Assembly: GCF_006345805.1 (NCBI RefSeq) | Contig: NC_043000.1 | Coordinates: 44,454,001 to 44,518,000, forward strand | From: Octopus sinensis | Taxonomy: Eukaryota | DNA: 64,000 bases | Direction: 5' to 3' | In this document: piece after piece, positions 1 to 13,100 of the stretch | How positions within the stretch are numbered: position 1 is the first letter of the stretch | Layout: the number at the start of each line of letters is the position of its first letter | Translations under genes and position numbers: made by a program | The notes under the pieces: generated by a model | Databases searched by the model: none | What the model was told of the DNA's origin: nothing | Seen by the model: only the letters and a program-made list of their open reading frames with translations

Positions 1-857
1 AACTTTTATCGACTTCCGAAAAGATAAAATTAAAGTTAGCGTCAACCGAGGGGGTGGAAGTCGAAAACATCGACCTCTTTGCTTCCCTGATATTTATTTT
101 ATTGAAACTGAAATGAGAAGAAAGGCAAATGCTGCCAGGGACATGGCAGCGTTTGAATTCAAAACGCAATGACTGGGAAAAGGCTGCGAAGTATTTTAGC
201 TTAGCGTGTTAACGCTTCTCCCTCTACTCCCGCTAGTAATAATTATTGCCAATTAAATGCGGCGATCTTGCACAAAATTTGCTGAGCCGAGTAAAATATT
301 TAGTCATTTCTTCCAGCATTTCTCGTTTCGAGTACAAATGTCATTATTTTAGTGTCGATAAAATGAATACCAGTTGGGAACTGTATTGAATGTAATCGAA
401 TAACCCCACTCTACCAAAAAGTTCAATTTCCACGTTTATAGAAGAAAAATATTATTAATTTTATTAGTAGTAGTTATTGTAGCATTCTACATATTGTTTA
501 AAGTTTTATGAAATTTTGAATATAACCAGCTGCTACAATGTTAATCAAAATATTTAAATTACCGTATCCATTGAAGCAATTTTATACATAATTAAATATA
601 CGCGCCTAAGGTATTAGATTTCTTGCAATAGTTTATCACCGATGCTACAATATCTGACTTTCATAAGAATTTATTGTTACAGTTGCACTTATAAGATATT
701 CCAATTAACTATTGAAATATATCATATTAAAATTATGGAAGGTAATTTATAACGCCGCAAAGAAAGCGTAATTACTCAATATTTGCTCCAGTTTGTATTG
801 CTTGGTTTTCGTTTTAAATAATTGTAATCCACGAGGTTCATATTTTGATAGCAGGTT

Positions 858-1190
858 TTGAAGGAGGGAAATCTACTACATCGACCGCAGTTCTTGACTG
901 GTACACCCAGGAAGGATGAAAGACAAAGTCGACCACGTGGGAATTTGCACCCAGAACGTAAAGACGGACGAAATGCCGTTGAGAATTTTGTAGTTTGCAC
1001 GTCGGACAAAATGCTTAGCAGTATTTTGTCTGATTGTACGTCTGGAGTTTAAATCCCCTCCCCCCGGCAGACTTAAACCTTTATCGTCGTGGATTCGATA
1101 AAATAATACCAGTTGATTTCCGGGTCGATGTAATCGATTACCTACTTCTTAAAAATGTCTGTCTTTTTGCCTAAACGAGAAAGAATTTAT
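858..1190. mobile_element. Two head-to-head fused copies of a tRNA-derived SINE (family A): minus ~858-1000, plus ~1000-1190
   Basis: Left half reads gtcgaccacgtgggaatttgcacccagaacgtaaagacggacgaaatgcc, the reverse complement of the family A head. Right half reads gcacgtcggacaaaatgcttagcag...gataaaataataccagttg...gggtcgatgtaatcga in plus sense. It matches other copies in this window. Confidence 0.7.
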
Positions 1191-2089
1191 TCATAAAGGT
1201 GATACGAAATTATGATATTCAACCTATTCCCAAGTTATATGTAATGATCTTTTGATTAAACTCATTATAAAACTTTATGTCCTTCCTATTAGGATAGTTC
1301 CTGGTGTTGATGGTGGTGCTGTCTTTTTATCATATAATAAGAAAACCAGTGGTGTAAGCGTTAAACAATGATTATTCCATCTTCTCTCAGAACAATCCAC
1401 TCCTGATATCAAGTATATCATTTCTTTTCTATGATAAAGAGCTGTGATTTCATGGGGTATCAGATGCTGTCTCTAGGATATTGTCTGCCCAGTTGATACA
1501 TCTCCTTAATACGTCAAACCGTCAATATTTTCATTAGCAGAAAATTTCGTAGTGTGTAGCTGTTTTTTATATATTTACCCAATAGCAAACGTGTCAGCAT
1601 CTGTTCCATTCATAAAACAATAATTACAATTGAAAAGGAATTTGTTTTGGTGACATTTCAATATGAAATTGCAACAGAGAATACATTTTAAAAATGATTA
1701 AATGTGTAAGATGATGGCATTCTCCATGTGCACCACTGGAAAAACAAGTCATATTTTCCTTTTGACTGGTTCAGCATTAAAATAATCAAGACGCTAATAA
1801 ATTACGGATTCATGCAAACAATTTAATAAAAGTGTATTTACAGTCTGTTTGACATGACTACTGTATCCACTCTTTGGTTATATATTTTTAAGCAGATTTT
1901 AATTGTTATTTCTAGGCCTTTTGAAAGTTTTTGATCAGCTCACATTTACAATTCCGAAAATTGGATCACATACTACATTTTGTATCAGATATTAGGCAAA
2001 TTATGTGTGATTCCTTATATTTTATTGCAAAATATTACTGTATCCATTTAAAATGTATTATGTGCGTATTTTAGCGTAAAGATCTGATA

Positions 2090-2306
2090 TTATTTTCAAA
2101 TTTTGGCACAAGGCCAGCGTTTTATTGTGAGTGGGACATGTCGATTACACCGAACCCAGTGTTCAACTGATAATTGTTTTATAGCTCTCAAAAAATGAAC
2201 GGTAAAATCGATCTTGCTGAAATTTGATCTGAGAACGTAAAACCGGAAAAAATGACAGAAAGCATTTTGTCCAGCGAGCTAGCAAATCAGCCAAGACGCC
2301 GCCTTA
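2090..2306 (-). mobile_element. SINE family A, degenerate copy
   Basis: Same motif order as the copies at 57.3 and 58.9 kb (ggcacaaggcc...gattacaccgaacccagtg...gagaacgtaaa...cgccgcctt). Confidence 0.65.
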
Positions 2307-3135
2307 TTACTGTCAAGATCTTATATTGGCACATGTTATGTTTAAGTCATCAGTTACTAACTCTTTATAATGCTGCATGTAGTTTTAGATGACGAGTTTC
2401 CTAAGCAAGAAAATGTATGCTATAAACTCATTATATTGAATTTCATGGTAAGTTACATAATTCCCAAAGAAGATAAAAGGGAAATTGCGGCGTTTATCTA
2501 TTTTCTCTTGTTATTAGGAAAGTAAAATCTTTTATTAGATTTGCAGAGTAGGAAAGGCATGGCTTGTTATCCTTTTCGGGGCCCCAAGACACTAGGGTAA
2601 ACCGTAAGATGTTATCTCTACGACAAGACATTGACATATATTATACAACAGGATGATAATAAGGCAAGTGGGTTGTGATGTGGTAATGTTAAAACATGAA
2701 AGGTATTAAGGGGCTTCCATCGATGAACAAGAATGCTCCTGCTGACGGATCTCCAAATAATTTTCACATACTAGATGCCCGGCAAAGTAATTTGATAGTA
2801 TCGAGGAATATTTTATGCTTTGGAAATGATTCCAAAATTCGCCAAGGGGAGTTTGAACACAAAAGACGTATTTGCAAAATGAAGTTTTTAGCTAAAAGTG
2901 CCGTCTTCTTAAATACACAGCTTCTCTGAAGTTGGCTCCCATCTAGTAGTGCATACCAAGGTCACACACCTCATTACCCAACTATACAACAAAATAGCCG
3001 TAAGCCAAGTTGAAGTGTTGGGATGTTAAAACGTGAAATGCATTCAGGGGCTTCCATTGAAGAACAGGAATTGTATTGTAATGACATTGTAAGATCGACT
3101 ATATAATGCACGTGTAGTAAAATATTAATCAAATT

Positions 3136-4100
3136 TTATAATAATTCTGCTTGACATTACGTTAGTTAGCCCGTTGGCAACGTTTTCACGCGATTAGAGA
3201 CAAAGAGGGAAAAAGAAAAGGAAAGAGAAAGAGAGAGAGAGAGGGGGATGGAGATATAGGGGTGGGGAGAGAAGGGTGGAGAGAGGGGGAATAGAGATAG
3301 AGTGGGTGGAGAGATGGGGGATGGAGAGAGGGGAATTGAGAGATGGGGGAGTGAGATGATTGTGGTGGTTGTGGTGGTGGTGGTGGTGGTGGTGGTGGTG
3401 TTGGTGGTGGCGTAGGTGTTGGTGGTGCGTGGATCGGGAAAACTATCTTTCCATACACACACAACAAAGGCTACACTTTCAGGTTTTTCGGAAGACGTTT
3501 TCAGAAAGAACCTAATCGGTTTATCATTAATTCCATGAAATATTCACAGGTCCCGTTAGTATTATAATAATTCTGCTTGTCACTCCGTTACTTAGTCCGT
3601 CTGTAAAGATTCCCCGTGAATCTCCTCTATTAATGGAAGGGATAAGTGAGGTAGAGGGAATGATAGGGAATAGGAGAGCAGGGGATGAGAGATAGTGATG
3701 GTGAGCAGAGTGGAAGGGAAGGGGAAAAGAAAGGAGGGAGAAGTTGTGGTGTGTGAAATGTGTAATTTTTTCAACTAATTATTTTATCCGTTACTTAGCT
3801 CGTCTGCAACGCAGTCACGTGATTAATTGACGGGAAAGGTGAAGAGCGAAAGAAAAAGAAACGACAAAAAGAAGGTATGGTGAAGAGTGAGCGAGAAACA
3901 GGTAGAGTGCTGTGTATTAGGTCTGTGAAATAAGTATTCATCGTATTCCAATTTCCTTGCCTTTTCAATGATTAGCTGAAGAGAGATTTTTGATACAGAC
4001 ACAACACAGACTACACTTTCATGGTTTTGTACAAGATTTTCAGAAATAACCCAATAGGTTTGTCGTTAATTCCTTAAAGTATTCACAGCCCCCACTAGTA
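3136..4100 (+). repeat. Head-to-tail tandem of two copies of an element with an internal purine-rich microsatellite, possibly a non-autonomous Helitron
   Basis: Head ttataataattctgcttg..cgtta.ttag.ccgt at 3136 and 3562, partial at ~3789. Tail cacaac..ag.ctacactttca...tattcacag..ccc..tagta ends at 3561 and 4100. Confidence 0.55.
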
Positions 4101-4385
4101 ATCATCATCATCATTGTTCGACCGTGGTCGAGACAATGGAATTTACCATGCTACGCCACACTTCACGGTCTATCATGGCATTACGGAGGCCCTGTTGCTG
4201 GATGCCTGTATCCCTGGAGATAACATCAGGGTAGGGGAGTGTGCGCCCTCTGGTATTGCGAGTAGATGGCTTCCAGAGGAGAAATTACCTCTTTTTCAGC
4301 TCTACGACAATGTCCAGCAAACTGGATTCTCTTACCCTTCACAAGAGATGATACAGGTGGCAGTTTCCCATATATTTGGTCTCTA
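4101..4385 (-). mobile_element. 3' end of an RTE-clade LINE with a (TGA)n tail
   Basis: Frameshifted translation QIYGKLPPVSSLVKGKRIQFAGHCRRAEKEVIS / LWKPSTRNTRGRTLPYPDVISRDTG...AMIDREVWRSMV matches the RTE C-terminal pattern (RRLRFAGHC...W.P...RGRP...M.DR..WR). It is followed by tgatgatgat. Confidence 0.8.
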
Positions 4386-5088
4386 TGTGTAGAATTGCAT
4401 ATGCGACAACAGTAACGTATGCAATAATGAGAAATAAAAATCAATCTTAAAAAGAGAGTACTAATAAGACTTTACATTTCAGTAAATCAGATTAGTCCAA
4501 CAAATTTTAAGTACTCTATCAAAACGTATGCCCCATTTGAAGGCCACCCGTTAGATATGATATCCCTTGATATATAATTGTTGTAGTTCTTTGCTCTTAT
4601 AGCCATCTCTTGCATATGTAATATGTATACACACAAAGACATAAACTTGTGGAACAAAAAAACGTGTTCACACACACACACTGCTTTTCTATTTCTCTCT
4701 CATTTACATACATCCGCCCTGATACACACTCACATAAACATATAGACATCACCGTATTATCCAGTACTGTTGATCAAATTGTCGGAAATCAAAAGCAAAA
4801 GTATTTACGACTTGTGGAAATCTAAGTTTCGTGTTGAATACGATTGATAGCATTGAGTTGCTGTTAACGACAGGACTTAAGGTTCTAGTTACTGCAATGC
4901 TCTCGACACGCACACACACAAATAATATGTGTGTAATTTTCTATAATATGTAGTTTAATATCCTCACATACGTTTCGTTAATATTGGGTGCTTATATATT
5001 TATGACAAACTGTTAAGTTAGTCTATTTATTTGAGAGATGTGTCAGTGACAAAACTTGAGTTTCTATTCACTGTAAAGTTATCGATGT

Positions 5089-5582
<494 letters not shown>

Positions 5583-7312
5583 GTTTATATGTATATGTAT
5601 GTGTGTATGTATATAACATGTGTGTGTATATGTCTATGTTTGTATCTGGGTGTGTTTGAGTGTGAGTCTGCACGATTGGTGTACAACTGTGTATTTAATA
5701 TTCTTTCTTATATTTCGTTATCATTGGGTGCGTAATTATAACAAAATATTATGTTATTCTATTCTCTCTTCTAAATATAGAAACATATATATTTGGGAAA
5801 AAATAATGCGTACTACAATGTTGTGTTGGTTTGAATTGATCAGGTTAAAAATCATGTTTGGTAGTACTCATATTATAACGCATGCATTATTCTTTGCATT
5901 TTCCTTCTGTAATTAATTACGTATTTATCAAACTTATTTCTTTGGTAATTTCTTATGCAGCTTTGACACATCTCTCGTAAAATTATCCGCACCGACTTTA
6001 TCTGTTGTCGTTATTATTTATTCATTTTTTTCGTTCTAATTACTAAACTATAATACATCCATGCATAGAGTAAGTCCACAAAATCTAAGTATATGTAAAA
6101 TTTTAAGCGTGTATCCTTTAATATGATATTTAGCTTAAATTCTGGCTGTTTAGCAGAAATGTACATTTATTTGTGAAATTATAAATTAGGGATGTTTCAT
6201 TATATCATTATGCAATAAAAAATCTTGTCCGTCATTCAGAAATTTCAGAATGAATATTCCAATTTCCAGTATTCATTTGCTTTGATTAACACTCATTGTT
6301 TCCAATATTTAATCAAAGGATATTCTCCAATAAATTTAGAAATGTATTATAATAAATCATTATTGCAGAATTCTAACGATTAAATGCCTGGAACAAAAGC
6401 CAATATGCAAATTAAATATACAAACTAAATAGCAAAACAATACATCATTAATGTTCTTGATCTTTAGAATATAAAAGACATACAAACTTTAGAGATATTC
6501 ATAGGAAGCGCTTTCTGCAGGATTATAAATAACTTGTGAAGTATTGTGAAGTATTGAATTATTTAAACAAATGCATTATTCACAGAGATATTTGATAAAT
6601 ATATAGAAAATATAAAACACAAAATCAAAACTCTTGTTATAGGTATAATAGAACTTCTACTGCGACTAGTTCTGTTGTTATTATTGCTTTGCTGTTGCTG
6701 TTCTGGTTATTAGTGATGATGTAGTTGCTGTTGTTGACCTTTTTGTTATTGTTGCCCTTGTTGTTGTTTATCTGTTACCACATTGCTGTTAGAATTTCAA
6801 TCAGTGTCATTGCAGAAAATCTAAGCCAAGAAGACATTTTCAAATAACAGAGAAGCTGCATCTAATTGTAATTCTAACAATTAAAATTTCGTTAAAAAAT
6901 ATATTTATGGAATCTGTTACGTTCAAGGCAAGCTTTGTGTGCAAGATACATATAGAGATTAAACAAAACACGTATTACAATAAGGTAAATTATATACAAC
7001 GAGAATTCTGTTAAATTCTACAACAATAGAGAGCATATTCCTAGTGGAATGTTAAATCTATTCTAGTAATATTGTCTAAAGCAATCGTTTTGTGCAGATA
7101 TGTTTTGATGTAACGCATTATAATGTGTAGATAAGAGGGAACATCATTATACATGTTGAGGCACTTGAGATACTGGACACAATGCAAAATAAGCTCTCAC
7201 GAATATGGGTTTTGCTTTTAGCGCCAGGTCAGATCTGATTCAGCAGACCCCAGGTCAAATACCCTCCAGACATCATAGTCCATGTTCCTAGCACAATATA
7301 TTTGTAGTTACT

Positions 7313-7485
7313 AAGGCGGGAATTTGCGAGAATCGGTAACGTACCGGGCAGCATACATAGCAATATTTCGTCTGTCTTTACATTCTGAGTGGTAATTCCA
7401 CCATGGTCAACTTTTCCGTTCAACATTTCGGTATCGATAAAATAAGTACAATTTGAAGACTGGGAACAATGTAATCGAATTACGA
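7313..7485 (+). mobile_element. SINE family A copy
   Basis: aaggcgggaatttgcgagaatcggtaacg...tttacattctgagtggtaattcc...cgataaaataagtac...tgtaatcga. Confidence 0.65.
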
Positions 7486-8460
7486 AATTGCAGACATTTT
7501 AACAAAATTTGAAACCAATATGTTTGGGGTTATTTATATTATTATATAGTTAGAGAGACTTTCTTTTGACCTCTTTAGGCACTCGACCGATATTTGATAT
7601 AAGGATTATGATTCTGAAAGATATTGAGTCACATTAAAATATGGCACAGAATTTCGCGAAGTAAAAGACAAAAAGAAAATAAGAGACTCAAGTAACTCAG
7701 TTACCACAACGCAATGAACATGTAATAAACATGTTCTTGACTAGATATTCTTCCATAAACTCTACAAAAAGTGAAAGATGCCGTTTAAGATAGGAAATGA
7801 CAAGAAAGTTGACCATTATATATTAAAGGCGGTGCCCCGGCATGGCTTCAGTCAAATCACTGAAGCCAATAAAAGAATACAAATATATATATATACCTAA
7901 AATGTAGGTTATCAAGATTTTTGTTTTAGAAATTTCACTACCAGTGGCCTAGCATGTATAAAAAGTTTAATAGACAGCATATTCTCAATATAGAATAGTG
8001 TAGTGTACATTTAAACAGGAGAAAAAAACTGCCTTCAACGGGGAGCTTTCACACGCTAGAAGTAGTAAAAAAAAAAGATTAGTTCGGCATTTATTCATTC
8101 ACTGGCGAATGAAACTACGCTTGCCCGGTGAATTTGGAAAATTATCATGTATAACGAGGGGGAACGTGTTATTGGTCTCTTTATTATATGTTAGTGTTAT
8201 GGCGCTGTCACTGAAGAGAAATGTCGCATAGCAAATTATTTTATTTGCTACAAAAATTTGAAACCTAGGTCTGACCGGATTAAAATAACAAGGTAAAAGT
8301 TTATATTAGTCATTCCTTTTAAAGATTGAGGGTAAATCTGGTTTTGGTCATTATGACTCCTTCTTCTAGCGTGTAAAATCTGCCTGTTGAAGGTAGTTTT
8401 CTCTTGTGTTTAAATGTACGCTATTTTATATATAAATAAATATATATAAGTGGTACTAGG

Positions 8461-8825
8461 TCGGTTACGGCGACGAGGGTTCCAGTTGATTCAATCAACG
8501 GAACAGCCAGCTGGTGAACTTAACGTGCAAGTGGCTGAGCACTCCACAGACGCGTGTATCTTAAGGTAGTTCTCGGTGAGTTTCAGTGTGACAGAGAGTG
8601 TGACAAGGCTAGTCCTTTGAAATACAGGTAAACAGAAACAGGAAGAGAGAGTGAAAGTGGTGGTGAAAGAGTACATCAATGTTCGCCACCACCCCTGCCG
8701 GGGCCTCGTGGAGCTTGAAGTGATTTCGCTCATTAAGCCCTCACAACGACCGGTCTGGAAATTGAAACCGCGATCCTTTGACCGCGAGTCCGCTGCCCTA
8801 ACCACTGGGCCATTGTGCCTCCACA
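8461..8825 (-). mobile_element. tRNA-derived SINE (family C tail, alternative middle)
   Basis: Minus-strand head ggaggcacaatggcccagtggttagggcagcggactcgcggtcaaaggatcgcggtttcaatttcc has A/B-box-like motifs. The 3' ~180 bp match the element at 30527-30852. Confidence 0.8.
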
Positions 8826-11800
8826 GATGAGAGCACAATATGAATGAACCATATTCACTGTGCTATAGAATATTTAATTAAATATGTTTGAATAGGAATA
8901 GTGAATTGCATAATTTTGCATTTTGTACTACTGGTTAATGACCAAAAAGTAATTAATTCGCACCAACAATTCTTTTTCTTATTCCACATTTGCCAATATT
9001 TCTTTATTTTACTTTCTCTGATCGCAGAAAAACTCGCAACCGCAGTAACCAGTTACGTAAGTGTGTTATGATTCCTGTGAAGTCTTCAATATATTCCCAT
9101 TAACCTTTTAACTATAGCGAGATGAAAACGAATTCTATGTGCTTGAACGAAGCTTTGAATCTAAAACAAAAATGCATAATGATGTATTGTATTTCACATT
9201 GTCACTTGGATGTTGCATATAAACTTCCGATAAAAGGATATATTACACACCATCTAAAACATTGAAATATTTACGGTATTGTAAGTATGTTATATTGGAA
9301 ATGAATTCGATAATAAACATATTTTGCCGATGACTGCAGGAATTTATATTATCCTGCTATTGTAAGATATTTTGTGCTTTCATTTAGTTTGTAAGGTTTT
9401 TTGATGTGAAAGGGGGTGATGAAATGGGTTTTGTTGTATCATGGAAGGGTCTTTCTGCCCATAATAGACACACGCAAATGCTCTGTTTCACTTATTTTAT
9501 TACAAATAGTTAACTATTACACTACATAATCAATTAACCAGTAGATTGCTTGATTAATCCTTCGTTCTTTCTATCATTCCACTAAGTTCTGAGTGTCCTT
9601 TCGTCGCCATTCAGGATATCAGGATTAAGCAAATAGTTAATAAAACAATCGATTAGTTTATTGCTTAAACGGTTGATATTTGAAGAGAACAAGTGAAACA
9701 AAACTAGTGCGTGTATTTATTATTAATATGATGAACCTCACAAGATACGAAAACGAAGTAATTTGTAGAAGCTTGATGATTTGGATATATAATTTTATTA
9801 TATGGTATCTGTGAAGGCAAATCCTTGATTAATGATTTTGAAACATTTTTATTTGCCTGAAAAGTAGACCATAGGTTTTCGAAGAAATTAGTCATATAGT
9901 CATACATTGAAAGATCGACAAATATTCAAATCCCATATATTATTTATTTATTTATCTATCTAATTTCGTCTGAGATAGATGACACCTATACAAGTAATAT
10001 CCTTCATTAAAGAAAACACAAATATTTCCGCCTTTCATATTCTGCAGAAACATATCTCTATCTCCATTTACTGCTTGATGACTTTCAATTAGTATCCATT
10101 CATTGAATGATCGACATTGGAAGTTTAAGTGGCAGGATAAGTAAAATGAAACATCTACAATTATGAAGAGTACGTGCTTAAACGTCTATTTTCGAAAAAC
10201 ATATACGTCTCTCTGTATCTACACCAATTTATTGAAACTGTTGGCTATATTTCTTCTACTAAACTTCGCTTGATATGCCTTTTTTTAAAGATGTTTAGTT
10301 TTATATATTATCTCAGTACACTAGTCCCTGTAATGTTAAACACTTTCTTGATTTTTTCAACATTTATTTATATGATAAACTCGATTAAACATGATCTTAA
10401 TCACCAGAGATTGTTTATTTCTCAGCAGTAAATCACTTGTGTTTAGAAAACAATTACGACTCTAATGTCAGCATTAAAACTGTTATATTATTTTCATAGT
10501 CGTTGCGTTCGGGATTTACTGCATTGGAAGTTAGTAAGGCTTCTTAGTTCTTACGTCAATGATTCGCTCAAGACAAAATTAAATAACGTTCCGTGACAGT
10601 TACAAATGTGAATTTTTATCTTTTTTACACCCTTCTGTGGCGATTATGCTACTTTTATTTAGTTCAGGAACATTTACTTTTTGCTAGTTACTTAAGACGA
10701 GATACAGTATCCATATATATTTTCAGAAACTTTGGCATAGTTGGACGGCCTCCCCAAACTAAATACCTGACCCGATATCTTGAAATAGTGCAAACTCAGC
10801 TAGAGTAGTCCAAGGTAGTGCAATAAACTTCCACGAATTTTTCCACCATGTAGAGAAACACGACGGAATTTGAAATGAGAATGCGATGGTCCAGTGATCA
10901 ACAATTCAAATGTTGTTATCACTAGCATGTTGTTATGGATGTAGCCAACATGCTTATATGTCTTAAATAATAAACCAATAACGACATAGTGTGACAAAGT
11001 TAGGAGTGAAACAGTACTTTGATTGTGATGTAGAAGAACTGATTATCACTTCTTTCGCTGTAGTCTGAGGAAAGACGCGTTCCTCCATATCATATACCAT
11101 ATCTGTCATTCTCCCAGAACCAACAGTGACATCTAACGACTCTGTGTGACCGGGTAGAAATTGTATTAATTTGTCCCTCATATCATGATATATTGTCAAT
11201 ATAATTCAAAGATACATTGGAAAATGATGACAAGGCGCATTGTCGAATATTCACGTAGTTGATGCATTTCATCTTAGATGTGTTTTCTTTATTGCTGAGA
11301 TGGAACTGATGCAAAAGAAACAAAAAAGAAATGTTTGCTACACTCTTCAGATACTGTTTAGGATTAGTAAACAGCGACTAACACTATAGATTTCAGGACG
11401 AAAGACAGTGAACATAAGTAAAAGACAGTATGTCACTTGACAGACTATAGAAAATAGCCTCTGCTTAATATTATGTCTTACAAGTTACCACATTTTACAA
11501 TCATTAATTTCTTTTCCTTTTGCTAAAAGCCACATTCGTATGAGTGAATTTTATTTTTCGTGTTCAATAGACAAACATAAATACTAAAGAGTGATTAATT
11601 TCACTGACGTATGAATTATTAATGTAAATACGATTATTTTTAATAAATTGTCAGCTTAAAACCTGCAATATAAGAAATATAATTGTGGTACCTTAACAAC
11701 GAAACAGTTTCTTGAAAATTCTGAAAATACAACAAGTATCTTTATCAAAACAAACAAGAATGATACAATTTACCTCTACATTCACAATTCACTTTCTGTA

Positions 11801-12789
11801 ATTCTCTAAAATTTATTCTATGTTCAGTGTATGATTTATTATCCTCTAACAGATGCACAGAAATATACCTAACAGTTAACTTAAATGCTGCAGATGTTAC
11901 ATTGAAATCAAATTTGCATACTTGCAGAACTGGTTTGGATGCATTATTTGTAGTGATACACACATATACTCTGGTCAGCTGTGTATACATATGATAACTT
12001 TAGTCAAAACATCTAGTGAGAGGTACACCAAAGATTTTTCTCCGGGCAAATAAAAATTCCAGCAACAAACACCTACGCACAGACAGAAACACACCACAGT
12101 TAATTTTTACAGAAGAAAGAAAAAGGTTATAAAGTAAGTTCAAAAAAGTACAAGTATGCTTAAAGGTTAAATTATAATTTTTCAAGACTAAAAATATACA
12201 TAGACCCTCGTCGAGTACAAGAGGATCTCCGGAGATAGACAAGGAAAAGAGGAATGAAGGGAAAATAGAAGTGAGTAATGACAAAAATGGGTAGGTATAT
12301 ACGTTCCAGTTATGACTGGCTGGAAGTGAGAATTGTAACCTTAATGGCAAAAGGAATGCCTGTTGGTGTATGCATGTATATGTGTGTATATTTGTGTTTG
12401 AGTACCCGCGTATGAGCGAAGTTTCATATTTCGCAAGAGCGACTATGTACGCATATGTGTGTATGTATAGAAGTTAAGAGCAGTCTGCTTGCATGTATAT
12501 TGTTGAGAGAGAGAGAGAGAGAGAGAGTTTTGTTTGATGATATTAGCAGTGCCTCTGTAAATGCATATGGTTGTGTGTGAGTGGATATATATATGTATGT
12601 GCATCAACGTGTTTATGTGTGAGTGACTTAGTGTGTGGCATTGGTTCGATGTATGTGTATGCTTGTGCACGTGCGTGTGTAGAAACGAAACATAGGTTGC
12701 TAGTGTATGTACACTCCCCAAACAGTCCTATTGCTCAACTACCTTCTGGTACGTATTGGTAACGTATTTCATTGTAACGTATTTCAAAA

Positions 12790-13100
12790 TGTCATCCTTA
12801 GCCATCCCCCTCGCTCCCTTTCCTTCTCCCGGTTTCCACTCCGTCCCGAAGGCAACATGTCTTTCCTGCAGTAATCGAAGCACATGACTTGTAAACCGTA
12901 TCCATTTCTTATTACCATGTCCTGCAACCTTTTCATGCCTGTTCTTCTCGTCAGCTCATTGTTTCCTTGTTCGGTTAAGAGATGCTCAGGACTGAACGTT
13001 GGCAGCGTCTCTGGAACCCATCCAGCAATTGAGAGACCTTCACTGTCTACTTCCAGGGTTCGCATACGTAGTTGGTATAACAAAAGTTGAATATAGTCAC
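12790..13100 (-). mobile_element. Degenerate RTE-like LINE 3' fragment
   Basis: With frameshifts it reads CEPWK*..SQLLDGFQRRCQRSVLSIS*PNK / ELTRRTGMKRLQDM / RFTSHVLRLLQERHVAFGTEWKPGEG, the typical RTE post-RT region. Confidence 0.65.

Noticed and set aside
2686-3070. 48-bp diverged direct repeat at 2686-2733 and 3023-3070
   Set aside because: Too short and diverged to call LTRs; no TG..CA ends, PBS or TSD seen.
10963-11310. Minus-strand ORF DMRDKLIQFLPGHTESLDV and a nearby acceptor
   Set aside because: Frames from the acceptor stop early and the ORF has no recognisable motif.
12187-12270. 84-bp plus-strand exon-like segment (TKNIHRPSSSTRGSPEIDKEKRNEGKIE); similar ones near 22870-22920 and 13680-13790
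   Set aside because: Splice-like sites are common in this composition; no homology or linked partner exons.
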